This document shows positions 27,209 through 44,519 of a stretch of 64,000 bases of DNA, in pieces (within the stretch, counting starts at the first letter, position 1; each line of letters begins with the position of its first letter). The DNA comes from Octopus vulgaris (Eukaryota): the NCBI GenBank assembly GCA_951406725.2, contig OX597823.1:38874001-38938000 (forward strand). The letters run 5' to 3'. The notes under the pieces are model-generated. The model saw nothing but the letters and a program-made list of their open reading frames with translations, made no database searches and had not been told where the DNA came from. The translations under genes and the position numbers were made by a program.

Positions 27209-30200
27209 TTAGAAGAATGACAGAATGGTTGTGTGCCAAAGTGAGAAATCACTATTAGCATTTTTGCTATTGTGTAGTGTTAGTACAAACACTACACTTG
27301 GGAGGCTGTTTGTTTTACTTTTCAAGTTTGTGTGATTGCTCTTGCTCAAGTTAATGTTTGTATTTTCAGCAAGGTTCATGTCGACATTCGTTTTTAGATC
27401 CGTACATGACAAAGTGTTGCTATTGACATTAGTATTAAGTGACATTACTGGTATTGATGATATTGGGAATAAACTGATACAGAGTACAGAGTTATTGAAA
27501 GAAAAAAAAATAAAGAAATAAAATGTGATCATGTGCATTACATACATACACTCAATATATTTTCTGTGCATTTGAGAGAGAGAGAGAGAAACAAAGGCAA
27601 GTAAGTGGAAAAAAAAAAAAAGAAGAAAGAAAACAAAATTATTAAGCTAGCAACTCTTGCAAAGTTCCTGGTGAATGAATTTCTAGCTTAGGATCAGAGG
27701 AAAGGATGTGTTTGATATTTGGTCTTTCTTTCCCCCACTCAATCTTCATTTCTTCCTTTAAATACTCCTTAAGTTTTAAAGACATCCTACTCATTACTTC
27801 TGACAGGCCAATAATTCTTTGGAGTACTTCCTCATCAGTTTTAAGATAGAGTTCAAAATAATTAATCACTAAGTTTAAATGTATTTTAAGTTCTTTGAAA
27901 TGACGTGAGTTTAGCTGAGATCCAGCAGCACACAAGAAATAATATCAATTTATTTCTATGTCAAAAATAAAGTTAATGAAGTAGTTTTTCTCTATGATTG
28001 AGGATGTATATATAACTAAATGGTGCTTATTTTTCCTATGAATTGTAGATAGAGGAAGGTATCACCTCCAATCAAAATTACATTTAATAATTACTATATA
28101 AAATCAAAAACAGAAATATATATTTGCTTTTGTGCTGACAACTGTCTGCATATGAATGGTTTATATAAAAATTAAACATGTTTATCTTGTTCAATAGGTG
28201 AGGTTGTACATCAGTGAATGTTAATGACCTGATATATTTGTTTGCTTGTGTTTTGGATCATTGAGTAAATTTAGACCAATGAAGGAATTGTTATTACAAA
28301 TATTTTACAGAATGGCTTTTCCCCTTTCCTCTTTTTAACCATGAAATTGAGTTCTGAATAAAGAATTATTCACTAAGTTGAAATATAAAACTTTCATTCA
28401 GAATACAGTAACAATGATTGATTTAAAAAAAAAAAAATACAAAATAGTTCTTATAAATAGATTGGTGTTTCACCAGCATGAAACATCTAAAAATACTGTT
28501 TTGTGTTTTTGCCTTGATAAAAGAAAAATGCTTGAAGTAGTAAATTTCCACTTTGATCATGACGCTCTGCAAATCTGCATTTCCAATTTTTTGTGCAAAC
28601 ATTCAAATCAAATATAAAAACAAATAGAAATAAGGCTCCCAGGAGGAAACAATGTTTCCTTTATTGATACAGCAATATAATTAATATTATACTATAAACC
28701 TTCTAATAATATTAACTGTCACTTTAGCACACTTATTTCTACATAATAGGTTTGGAAATTAGTTTTGAAATCTACAAAATGCATACTTAGTAAACATTTA
28801 TTTTGATTTTGGTTTTAATATTTTAGCTGAGATTTTATCATAAAATATGATTTATTAATAGTTCTGAAAGTAGCACTTCTGGAATAAGTCATTCAAGTGA
28901 TTTTTAAGGAACTCAAAACTGGTTTGTTTTTTTTCTTATAATCCACAGCTTTAACAATTAGATTTAAATTTTGTTTCTTTTCATAGATATGTGCAGATAT
29001 ACAAAACCAACATTTATCTATGTTAAATACTTCTTTTGTACAGATATACAAATATACAAATATAGAAAGTCAGTTCATTAATTTCTGTCTCTTAACAGTT
29101 TATACGACCTCATTCACAGTTTTTATTTCAATTTTTGTTGTTTGCAACCACAATATTTCAACAAGTTTTCAGCTTCTCATCAATTAAAAATCAAACACTG
29201 GAATAAGTTTACCGCTCTAAATTGTGAGAGTGTGTGTGTCTGTGTTGATGACATTCCATTTTTAGGATAAATAATTTCTTGAAAGTCTATCAATTTTATT
29301 AATTATCCACACACATTTGTTTGCAAATAATTTTAAATTTGAATTCTAGGGATTTGGTAGGTTTTATGAAGCCCCTGGCCCATTCAAACTTAACTTGTTT
29401 ACTAACCATCAACATTCGATACACTGAAATTAGATTGGAAAATGATAGACACAGCAAGTTGTATTTAATTACATACTTATGTTTACTTAAGAATAAAATC
29501 TCTCGTGTTCTGTCCCACCTCTGATACAAGATCAACCTGCAAAGGGATGACTTCCTGAAACCTGAGCAACTATATTTTAATATATTTTATTTGTTCAGAT
29601 CTTCATATCTTCCCAATACTGTTTGTTAAATTTCAAGTAGCTTTCTTAGAGAGTCAGTGGACCACTTACTTCATCAATTTCATCAGTATTCAATTAATTT
29701 GACTATGCAATTAGTGGTATATTACTAATTGATACCAGTCTTAAACCTCAATTACCCAAGCACCATTCACTTTCATTTTACCAGCCGTATCTATCAGTAT
29801 GTAGTCTATTTGTTTGGCCTGTTTCTGATTACTGTGTTAACAGCAGGATTCCATCTTTTCTAGAAGCTTTTACAGAAACACAGATATATCCTGCCCACAC
29901 ACAGCTGACACTGCCAAACAAACTACTACATCCATTCTTATTTCTCTCTATCCTCCCAGCTGCTTCGCATTTACAAGTGAAATACCTTAGCTTGTAGACT
30001 CTACTGATAGCTTAAATGCTTTTTTAGTGCAGTCCAAACTGGTTGGTGTTGTTTTGTTGTTGTTGTTGTTATTATTATTATCATTATTATTATCTTGTCT
30101 TCTCTGACAAACTGTGTCACCTATTAGGTCTTCAAAAGAACTATTTTCTTATTCTTACCCACCATCTGTATACAGTAAACAGTACTGTTGATATCTATCT

Positions 30201-31099
30201 ATCACCAGCATATCTGATAACCATATCTACAAATATTTCACCAAATATTTAGCCCACTACTTTTTCAGCTAAACAAATTGTTCTTTCTCCCAATGTCACA
30301 ACATTTATTTACATAGCTTTACCAATGAGTTTCATCTCATATGAGTCAGAATTAGTTTTGAATAAGTTGCTATGGTAGATTCCCTGATACCTCAATGTGT
30401 GAAGTATCAATCACTCAATTGCCTATTTAGTCATGATGTGTACGACCCAACAAGGTCACTAGAACATCTGCTGACCCTGAGCTACATTTACAGTAAAATA
30501 CATTTAATTTTACATGCGCATGCATATGTGTGTGTGCATGTATGTGCACATGTGCATATGCATGAACTTAGAAAACAAATCTAGTGCAGAGTGAATTCAT
30601 TTTAGATTTACTAATAAACTTTCCAAACATGGTTTGGCAATAAAATAAAAACAACACATTCTTAGTACCACCATATTGTAGTCCTGACAGCCAAAGGAAA
30701 TGTAACTTCAAAGTTGAAGGTGTGCTTGGCCACTGTATCATAAATGTGTCCCAGTAGAAGTGAGTGGAAAGGAAAAAGTACTCACTAACAGTTTAAGTAC
30801 AGGATGAACATAAATGGCTAAACCCTGTCTGGTTAAATATTTTACTTTAACAAGTATTTAGAGTGGTTTATCAGAATTGTGTTAATGGTTCTCCTCCAAG
30901 TGGTCAACTATTGTCATATACTGAGAATGGGCATGGTATGGGTGTCAGTGAGACAGTGACTATGCAAGGCCAACTATTATTGAATTAAAAGGTGTTGTAT
31001 AAATGTTGTCAGTGGTTCGTATTTGTCTTAATGGACAATGTTATGTGACAAACTGTAGAAATTCAGATTCTAACAGACTTAATTTTTGTTGTGATGACA

Positions 31100-31333
31100 G
31101 GCGAGCTGGCAGAAACGTTAGCACACCGGGCGAAATGCTTAGCAGTGTTTCGTCTGCCGTTACGTTCTGAGTTCAAATTCCGCCGAGGTCGACTTTGCCT
31201 TTCATCCTTTTGGGGTCGATAAATAAAGTACCAGTTTTGCACTGGGGTCGATGTAATCGTCTTAATCCATTTGTCTGTCCTTGTTTGTCCGCTCTGTGTT
31301 TAGCTCCTTGTGGGTAGTAAAGAAATAAGTATT
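31100..31333 (+). mobile_element. young full-length family-A SINE subfamily
   Basis: ggcgagctggcagaaacgttagc...gagttcaaattcc...gtcgactttgcctttcatcc...gtgggtagtaaagaaat. Confidence 0.9.
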
Positions 31334-32507
31334 TGATATTGTAATGATAAGTATTTGTTGGTATATAAGTCAACTGTGTTGTGACACCAGAAACAAGTTT
31401 ATGAAACGAAACACAAGAAACTCAAGACAATAAAGGAAATTATTTCAACAACTGCTGTGTTGTTTAGGTCAGCTTTTGTTGAGCTGTTCTTATATTTACT
31501 ATACAAACCCATGATCAACAGGAAATTGATGAATTAATTACTTACAGTAATGAAATTTACAGTTGCATATTTGCATGTTAGCATGTCTAATTATGTGGCT
31601 GTACATAAATGTGTGTATGTGCGTGTGTGTGTGAATGAAGTCACCTGCAGTAGATCAATGTATGTGTAAGTACATGTGAGTGGGTACAGTTAAGTGTGTT
31701 GTGATTGTGTATGTAAAATTTTTACCTTCCAGTGTGTGCAAATGTGCAGGTGGGTCTAAAGACATGTGCATGCTCGTTTATGCATGGTTTGTGGCAATGG
31801 TATGTGTGTGTGGTGTATGTGTGTGTGTGGTGTATGTGTGTGTGTGCATGTGTGTGTGTGTGTGTGTGTGTTTGTATCAGTGATAAGTAAGTGTCCTTAC
31901 ATGTTCAGTGGTTTAACTGAAAGTTGGGAGCTATACCGAAATGGTATTTCCTAAACTACTTGATAACTTGAGATAAAAGATAGAAGGAAGACGGTAGAGA
32001 TAAAGAGATGTGTGTGTGTGTGTGAGTGTGCGTGTGTGCATGTATGTGTGTGTGTTGGCGACAGAGAGAGATAGGTTGGGGGAATAAGAGGGAAGGAGAA
32101 TCAGAGAGAGCGATAAGCAAACCACTCAAAACTTATAACAGGTTAGATGAAATATTTTGTCAAGGCAACAGTCAGGGTAATGGAGAAAATCAAAGTGTTT
32201 GATATTTATCAGAGTGATCTAAAGGTGGGGAGAGAGAAAGAGTGACAGAACAAGGTGATTAAAATGAATGATATTTAAGAGAATGGAAGAGAAAAAGACA
32301 GGAAAATGCGCAAATGCTGCAAATATGTAATGAATCAACAACAACTAATCAAAAAGAGTAGATGATGCTATGTGACCAACAGACAAGCAAGAATACAATT
32401 ATTTTGTAACAGATGCTTATGTTTTATACAAAGTCAGTCACAAAAATGAGTGAACGGTAAAGACAGGATATAGTAATCCAGGGGTAGATGTCTATCGTTT
32501 CATGCTG

Positions 32508-35871
<3,364 letters not shown>

Positions 35872-35913
35872 CCACTAATATAGCACCACAATATCACACA
35901 CATATATATATAT

Positions 35914-36958
<1,045 letters not shown>

Positions 36959-37463
36959 AGTGTGTGTATTATTTAAACACGCGCGCGCATGTGTGTGTGT
37001 GTGTGTTCGCATATCACTCTTAGACTGTGTGCATGAATCACTCTTATGCTGTGATAAACATTTAAGAATGAAAATGTTAGGGTTGTAACAACAATCTTGT
37101 GGGTATTCACCCTCATTTTCTTACAGTTCTAAGATCTCCACACCACACACTCTAAAGAATTGCACATGCTCTCAAGTACTACAGCTGCCATAACAACAAA
37201 ATCATGTTCTCTCATGACATATACGTTAGTCACAGGTAACGTGCTTCAGGCAGGAAGTATTGTTAAAATTCCATGGGCTGGGTCAAATTTGCAGGCTTTA
37301 AGAAACAAGTCCTATTACACACATAGGAGGTACAGTGATTTCACACAGAAGAATTCAATGAAGATAACAACTCTATCTTGGGAGTGGCAACATCCTTTAT
37401 ACCTGTGTGTGTATGTACATATGTATATCTACATATATATAGTGTTTACATATGTATATGTAC

Positions 37464-37501
<38 letters not shown>

Positions 37502-39186
37502 ATATATATATATATATATAATTTAATAACAAGTAATGACAAGAGTACAAGCACAGACACACACACACATGCAATTCAAAGTTTTTGTAGGCTCATAGAA
37601 TAAACCTGGCTTGTCAGGCGTTTGGAGGTCAAGTAACAGGAAATGAGACAAATTCAAGATGGCTTTTAGATGTTAGGCCTCTATTGGTCAACTCTGGTCA
37701 TGTGGTGTAATTGGTTTAGAAATAACATCAAATCTGAAACAATTTTATTTTTTTTTTTTTTACAACAGAAAATAGAAGATTTATACTTCACTTTATTTTT
37801 AATTTGGTTTTTGTTGCTACGGTTGATTATTTTATCATTTGTTTTTCTTGTTTCTATTTGTTTACTGACTATATTTGATTTTCTGTGATATTTGATTTTA
37901 CTTAATTTTTTGCTTGTTTTATGTTTTGGTCATCATCATCATTATTATTATTATTATTATTATTTACACTGATTTTTTTATTTGTTTCTTCTTGCTTCTG
38001 TTATTCTTTGTTCATCCTTTTCGGATGCAACTTTTTGTTGTGGGATTTTTAAAATTAAATTTTAATTTAATATCTCATTTGTTTTATTAACTTTATTTCT
38101 ATTTTATACCATTTTTATTTCACTTGAAAAACAAACCAAAACATTACAATTCTTACCAAACACACACACACGAATACACACACATAACCTCAGATGAGAA
38201 AGAAAGATTGAGAAGAATAACCAAAAAGAAGCAACAGAAACAATAATTTTTGAGTGAAAGCTGCCTTTAGAAATTAATTTTTCCTAATTTCCTTCTGTTT
38301 TCTTCTCATATGCTGTCTTTGAAACCATTCTACAGGGATAAAAGGATTGGAATCAAGACAGAATTAGGACTAACCTCTGGATTGTCACAAGATAACCTAC
38401 AAACATGCTCTCTTAATCATTGTGTGTGTATGCGCACATGCATGCATGTGTGTACATATATATTTATACACATACATATATGTATGTGTGTATACACATG
38501 CACACACATGTATGCATGTATGTATTTGTATGTACAAATGAAAGAAAATACATTTGTTTGTTCAAGTTTCAAGAACATGCAGGGTAACAAGAAACTAGAA
38601 ACAGTGACAGTGAAAATTCAACTTTAAACTAACGAGTATGTATGTGTACACGTACTAACACACACACATACAAATACACATGCATGCACACTCTTATATA
38701 ATGGAGAAGTAAAACAACCAATGATAACAGCAATACCATCAGCCATAACTGGCAGTTTCAATGTTGCAACTCCAAATGTTATACTGGTTTTATCATCTTC
38801 TTGACAGACAAAGAGAGGTACTAGAAAAGAGGTATGCGGAGAAGCCTCAAACTAAGTGCTGAAAGTAGGAGAGAGTTAGCAAAGGATAATGTTAGCTTGG
38901 ATAAGATCAAGTTTGGCTTGTTCTAAGGCATGGACCACAAAAGCTATATTGCCATTGAAGAAACGTAACTGAGAGCAAGTCACTTGACAATGCATATATT
39001 GATGAGGCTTTTAATGAGGCTCTGAAGTTTCAAATATGATTAGGAAACTAGATTATAGCTCAAACAACTTCTTATATCATTTGACCACCTCATGGAATTA
39101 TTGATAATTTGTTAACTCCCATCATTTAAATTTCTAAAGTAAAATTTAATGTCTTGATTTAAAGATAGTAATTCTTTTATGTTATT

Positions 39187-39354
39187 ACTCACGGAGTGGT
39201 TGGTATTAGGGAAGGGCATCCAGCAGTAGAAACACTGCCAGATCAGACTGGAGCCTGGTACAGCCTTCTGGCTTCCCAGATCCCTGGTCGAACCGTCCAA
39301 CCCATGCTAGCATGGAGAATGGATGTTAAACGATGATGATGATGATGATGATGA
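39187..39354 (+). mobile_element. RTE 3' end fragment
   Basis: ggagtggttgg..ggaagggcatccagc...gcatggagaatggatgttaaac(GAT)n. Confidence 0.85.
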
Positions 39355-40169
39355 CTACTTTTTAATAAGAAATATTCAATGTTTAATGAGAATATTTAAC
39401 AAAATTCATAAAGAACAGTAAAAATTCAGTTCTATTATATTAATATAGTTGGAATATTTAATGTGAAATGTATTTAGTTGCTGTATCAATATGTGGCAAG
39501 AAATTAGAGCAAATTTTAAATTGTCCGGTAATTAAAACTACTTTACTGTAAACAGATAATAAATACACGCTATCACTGAGTGTCTCTATTACAGTGTCTT
39601 CATGAAAAGTGAGTGCTTATTCATAATTCTTTGGCCAACTGGAATGGCATATTTACAAGGTGTATGTCAACATGATATCTGCTAATGTATTTAGAATTTC
39701 CATATTGTATTTCAGACAGATCTTTTTGAATTGATTCTTATTGAAATTGGAAGAATAGTTTGCTAACAATTCAGCACCTTTAATATCCATTTCAAGTGTT
39801 TATCGACCTCACTTAGACAGCTACATAGACACTTCCCCCACCACCACCACCATCACCATGCACTCACTTTGCCAACTCTTGATTTAGACAAATGGTTTGT
39901 GAGAAACATGTCAACCATGTAGTCAAAGGGTTTTTAGTAAGTATGAAGTTGCTAGTAAGACCATCAAGAAATTTAGAATATGGACAGTGGTTTATTATAT
40001 CTTTAGTTCCCTTTCTTTTCATTTTAGTTCTTGAGAGATCAGGACTAGTTGCTTTTAAGAATAATTATAGGCTGCTGACACAGTTCTCACCAGAGGAAAG
40101 GTTGACCGCCACCTTGCTATGTGAGTAGTGGCATTGTTCAATATGCTGGAAGAGGGTGGGTAGGTATTC

Positions 40170-40362
40170 AATATCATCAACCACTAAGAGACATGCTCAA
40201 CTGGTTATGGTTAAACAACTGACAAACAAATCTGTGGTACTGAGCAGAATATCTGCGGTAGCACATCTTTTACATCAAGATAAAATATGTTTGTGTTAAC
40301 ACTTCCAATGAGTTAAGATCAGAAGCCATGAGAGCTACTGCTTGGTACTGCAACAGAGCATT
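40170..40362. repeat. unclassified repeat, homologue of 21335-21500
   Basis: Shared sequence blocks. Confidence 0.65.
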
Positions 40363-40404
40363 AATTATTATCATTATCATCATTATTATTATTATTATTA
40401 TTAA

Positions 40405-40688
40405 GGCCGATGCCAGCACCGCTTTGACTGGCTTCTTATGCCGGTGGCACATAAAAAAGGCCCAACCAATCGTGGCCACTGCCAGCCTCCCCTGGCACCT
40501 GTGCCAGTGGCACGTAAAAAGCACCCACTACACTCATGGAGTGGTTGGCGTTAGGAAGGGCATCAAGCTGTAGAAACACTGCCAGATCAGACTGGAGCCT
40601 GGTGCAGCCTCCTGGCTTCCCAGACCCCGGTCGAACCGTCCAACCTGTGCTAGCACGGAAAACGGACTTTAAACGATGATGATGATGA
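40405..40688 (+). mobile_element. RTE 3' end fragment
   Basis: Two internal gtggcac.taaaaa units plus the RTE tail. Confidence 0.85.
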
Positions 40689-40880
40689 GCTGGCAGAATC
40701 GTTAATATGTTGGATGAAATGCTTATAGGTATTTCACTTATTGCTATGTTCTAAGTTCAAATTCTGCTGAGGTCGACTTTGCCTCTCATCCTTTTGGGGT
40801 TGGTGAAACACTGGGATCAATGTAATCGACTAATCCATTTCGCACCAAATTTAAGGCCCTACACCTTTAGTAGAAAGGAT
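40687..40880 (+). mobile_element. family-A SINE
   Basis: gagctggcagaatcgtt...aagttcaaattc..gtcgactttgcc. Confidence 0.8.
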
Positions 40881-40920
40881 GATGATGATCATCATCATCA
40901 TCATTGCCACCACCACCATC

Positions 40921-41296
40921 GTAGCCATTTGAAAAGACCGCAGTATATGACTGGTACATATTTTATAAACTCCATAGAGACAGAAGGTAAATATGATACA
41001 GTATTTATCATATTGACTCTAAATGGATGAACAGCATTAGGATTTGAAGTCAGAATGTCAAGGGATATAACTAAAAACTGCAAGGCATTTAATCTGGCAC
41101 TGTACTCCTACTATCCTATCTCACTGTCCTTACATCTATTGACGATGATGATGAGTGAATATGATAAATACTGGATCATATTTACTTTCTAACTCTCTGG
41201 AGTTTATAAAATATGTACCAGTCATATAGGAAAGCGGACGCTAAATGATGATAATGATGATGATGATGATATACTGCAGTCTTTTCAAATGGCTAC
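40921..41296. repeat. inverted repeat with ~98-bp arms and 133-bp spacer
   Basis: 40921-41019 matches the reverse complement of 41153-41296 apart from a 40-bp insertion. Confidence 0.9.
41229..41268 (+). mobile_element. 40-bp extremely truncated RTE tail with ATATA target-site duplication
   Basis: atata[ggaaagcggacgctaaatgatgataatgatgatgatgatg]atata; the other arm has a single atata. Confidence 0.8.
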
Positions 41297-41989
41297 ACAA
41301 TTCTACACCCATTTGTTACTTTATAACTCTTTAAAAATAATAATTACTTTTAACAATGAAGGAGATAGTAGTTGTGGAGAAGGTTGGCAGTTAGTCCAGA
41401 TGTTTCACCAGATGCTTTTAACACTAATTATACATTCTTTTCTGTCCTTTTCAAAATAGGTTCTACATCATGGCTCAAATGCAATTTTCCAATCTTTCAT
41501 AGCAGAACCCTTTTTCTCCATCTTCTACATGGACTTCTACTAAATATTAATTTATAGCTTTATAAAATGGGTATTAACAGGCATCAGGCACACTAATTCT
41601 CCTGCAACCCCTCCAATATCACAAAGTAACTTCTCTGATATCATGAGTGATACACTTTATATACATACATGCTCACATACATACATACATGCAAGCAGGC
41701 AGACAGACAGGCAATGTGCTCTCTTTTTGAAGCTACCTTTGTAACCTACTCAACCACATGTCCTCTCTCTCACTTCCTTCCTGTCTACTGTACCATCATT
41801 ACTATTCTGTTCCTCCCTCCCCCTTTTCCCTGCACTGCCAGTGATATCCCACTTACCCTACCTCCCCCAACTCATGCATCACTAATTATCTCCCTTACCC
41901 ATATCTCACTCCCCCATACATTCTGGCAACCTCCATCCACCACACTTCTGCTTCCTCTGTTCCAACTCATTGGGATTCACCTCATATCT

Positions 41990-42340
41990 GGACACCTTAT
42001 CGTTGTTATTTTCATTGCTTTCTATCTCCACCTGGTCACTCTCACTCTCTCTTCTAAAATGTAAGTAGTCATGTAGCTTTTCTGTAACAAGAAACCTATT
42101 CTACTCTGATCCCTTCTCACATACTTTAATCCCTCATTTCCTTTAGTAAAACTTCCCACTTAGGGTTTGAAGTCTTGCAGACTGCATGGCAACTGCACTA
42201 GTGCTGGCTGGAGGCATGAAAACAGCACCCAGTACATGTAAAATGGTTGCCACCAGGAAGGGCATCACAGTAGAAACCAAGGCAGACAGTGGAGCATGGT
42301 GCCATCCTTGGACCCACTGGATCTTGTCGAACCATCCAAT
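41990..42340 (+). mobile_element. old RTE 3' UTR and tail
   Basis: caggaagggcatc..agtagaaacc tail motif; homologous to 13290-13710. Confidence 0.55.
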
Positions 42341-42425
42341 TATTCACAAACCACTGTACAGAGTGCACTGAGTGCATTTTATCATGACAGTAGCACTAAA
42401 AGGTTTTCAGTGCCCTCTGAAAAAC

Positions 42426-42845
42426 TACAGGATGATTGAAAAGTAACTCCTTATTTTAAAATACTTATAAATTATTTATTGATTGAAATTTTTACAAAAA
42501 AAAAACCAGATATGAGAGGAAAGCTTTTAGTATGAGGTTTCATTCAAAATTCGATATGGGCTCCAGATGTCACTACCAGCTTCTTGAGTTGCCAAGGAAT
42601 TGTGTCAACTGATTTCACCGAGAACTTTTGTGGGATGGAAGACATAACTTCTTGTATTTTCCCTTCAAGTTCTTCCAAAGTCTTTGGTTTGGTACAGTAG
42701 ACTGTTCCTTTAATGAACCCCAAAGAAAGAAGTTATAGGGTGCTAAGTCGGGACTCCTGGCTGGTCATTCATGGGGACCATGATGACCCATCCACCTCCC
42801 ACAGAAGTGGGCATTCAGCTATTCACAAATGACAAGAGCAATACA
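42426..42845 (-). mobile_element. decayed Tc1/mariner transposon 3' half
   Basis: GRWMGHHGPHE*PARSPDLAPYNFFLWGFIKGTVYCTKPKTLEELEGKIQEV...GAHIEF* (WPxRSPDL motif); TA-CAGGATG terminal repeat at 42426. Confidence 0.85.
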
Positions 42846-43424
42846 ATTACAGATTAAATTTTCTCACTTCAAAAAAAAACAAACACAAAAAATGTGGTAG
42901 GAGAGGAACTTGAGGAACAGAGATAGTGATAAGCAAATTCATGTCAGTTGTTGGTAAAGAGACTGAATAGAAAACAGAATGAACAGGAGGGTAAAGTGGG
43001 GTTTGAGAGGGAAACAGAATGATAAAAGTGAAAGTAGTGGGAGAAAGTGTGGTACTAACAGAGAGTAATAGGAGGGAGAGTGTTAGGTGTCAATAATGTG
43101 ACAAGAAGAAGAGAGTGTGATGGCAAGTGATAAAGGTGATGATAGGAGTAATACAAGTATCATCATGGGAAGGAGAGAAATAAAGACAAATGATAGAAGA
43201 GGATTGACAACAGACAGATCAATGCCAGCCTTCACAACAAAGGCAACATGGTACAGCAAGTAGAAGAGTGAGCAAAATACAAGAGGTTAGCAAAAAGAGG
43301 TAGGAGGCATTAGATGGGAATTAACATGGGCTTGATGATTGATAGATCCAAATATAGAGAAATTATACATCCCAAGCACCATTCACTAACACTGTTTTAA
43401 CATCTGTTTTACCATATTTTCACA

Positions 43425-43630
43425 TGTTAGCAGGACCTCTCTAGTACTGCATATCACCACTCATGGCAGTCCTATGTCTCCTGAAATCAGTCTTTATCAC
43501 TTCATGTCATGGCTTGTTGGGTGTCTCTTTTCCATTCAGTTCATCAAATTCCTGTGTTTGACATTACTTTATACAACTGACATTCACCCTATGGATCACA
43601 CACCTATACTGGTGCAGCCATCTCTCCTGC
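43425..43630 (-). mobile_element. decayed RTE LINE C-terminus
   Basis: GKETPNKP*HEVIKTDFR...DCHEW*YAVLERS is collinear with the young [21 protein letters not shown]...[13 protein letters not shown]. Confidence 0.6.
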
Positions 43631-43782
43631 ACACCACATATAATTGCTCTAACAGCCAGCTTTTCTCTCAGCTCATTAATGCACTATCATTGATACACAC
43701 TAACATTACTTATCCAGCAGAACATGCTTATTCCATTTCCTTCTTAACAGACACACATGCGTGCACACACACCACACACAGA

Positions 43783-43925
43783 TGCAGGAGTGGCTGTTTG
43801 GTTAAGGAGCTTGGTTCCCAACCACGTGGTTTCAGGTTCAGTCACACTGTACAGCACTTTGAGCAAGTGTCTTTTATCTTCGATCAAAGCCTTGTGACTA
43901 GAGTTGGAAGATGAAAACTGAAAGC
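43783..43925 (+). mobile_element. family-B SINE head
   Basis: ggagtggctgtttggttaagg..caggttcagtc..gagcaagtgtc. Confidence 0.75.
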
Positions 43926-44519
43926 TATAGTGTCGAGGGACTTGGAGTAAGTCCTCAACATTACCGTCTTCTATTCAAATTCTTCTAGCCATTTCTTGGG
44001 AGGTATTATTTCCTATTCTGTAAACTTGATTTTTGTCGTGTGCAAAATTAAAAGTTCTAAATACAGTTCACAAAAAATTTTAAATAGCAAAGAGAGAAAA
44101 ACAAAAAGAAAGTCTTAACAAAAAGGAAGAAAAAATAAAAATAAACAGTTCAATACAGTTTTTCAAAATATAAAAGACAGAAGAGAACAAGAGTTCAAAA
44201 CACAGCAAAAACAAATAAATTTTAGAATTAATTTTAGATCGATTTAATTTTAAATCGAACTTATTTTATTATTATTATCTATTTCAAAATATAGCCATGA
44301 AACGCACGTAGTCTTTTTACTACTATTTACTATTTATTGTACTGTATTGATTTTTAGAATAAGGTTTTTATAGTATATGTTTTCTATATGGTGTGAATAA
44401 CATCTTTCATTATTGAATTGTTTAATAGAGGTCTTTCTCTAAATTATATACATATATAATATATTGTGAAATTTGATTTAAAATTGTTAAATTGGATTTT
44501 TTCCCTGTAAGCTGTGCTT

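Noticed and set aside
39585-39614. ttacag|14 nt|gtgagt candidate microexon (similar 6-nt case near 1105-1118)
   Set aside because: Expected by chance in 64 kb; the 14-nt length breaks frame and there is no supporting gene context.
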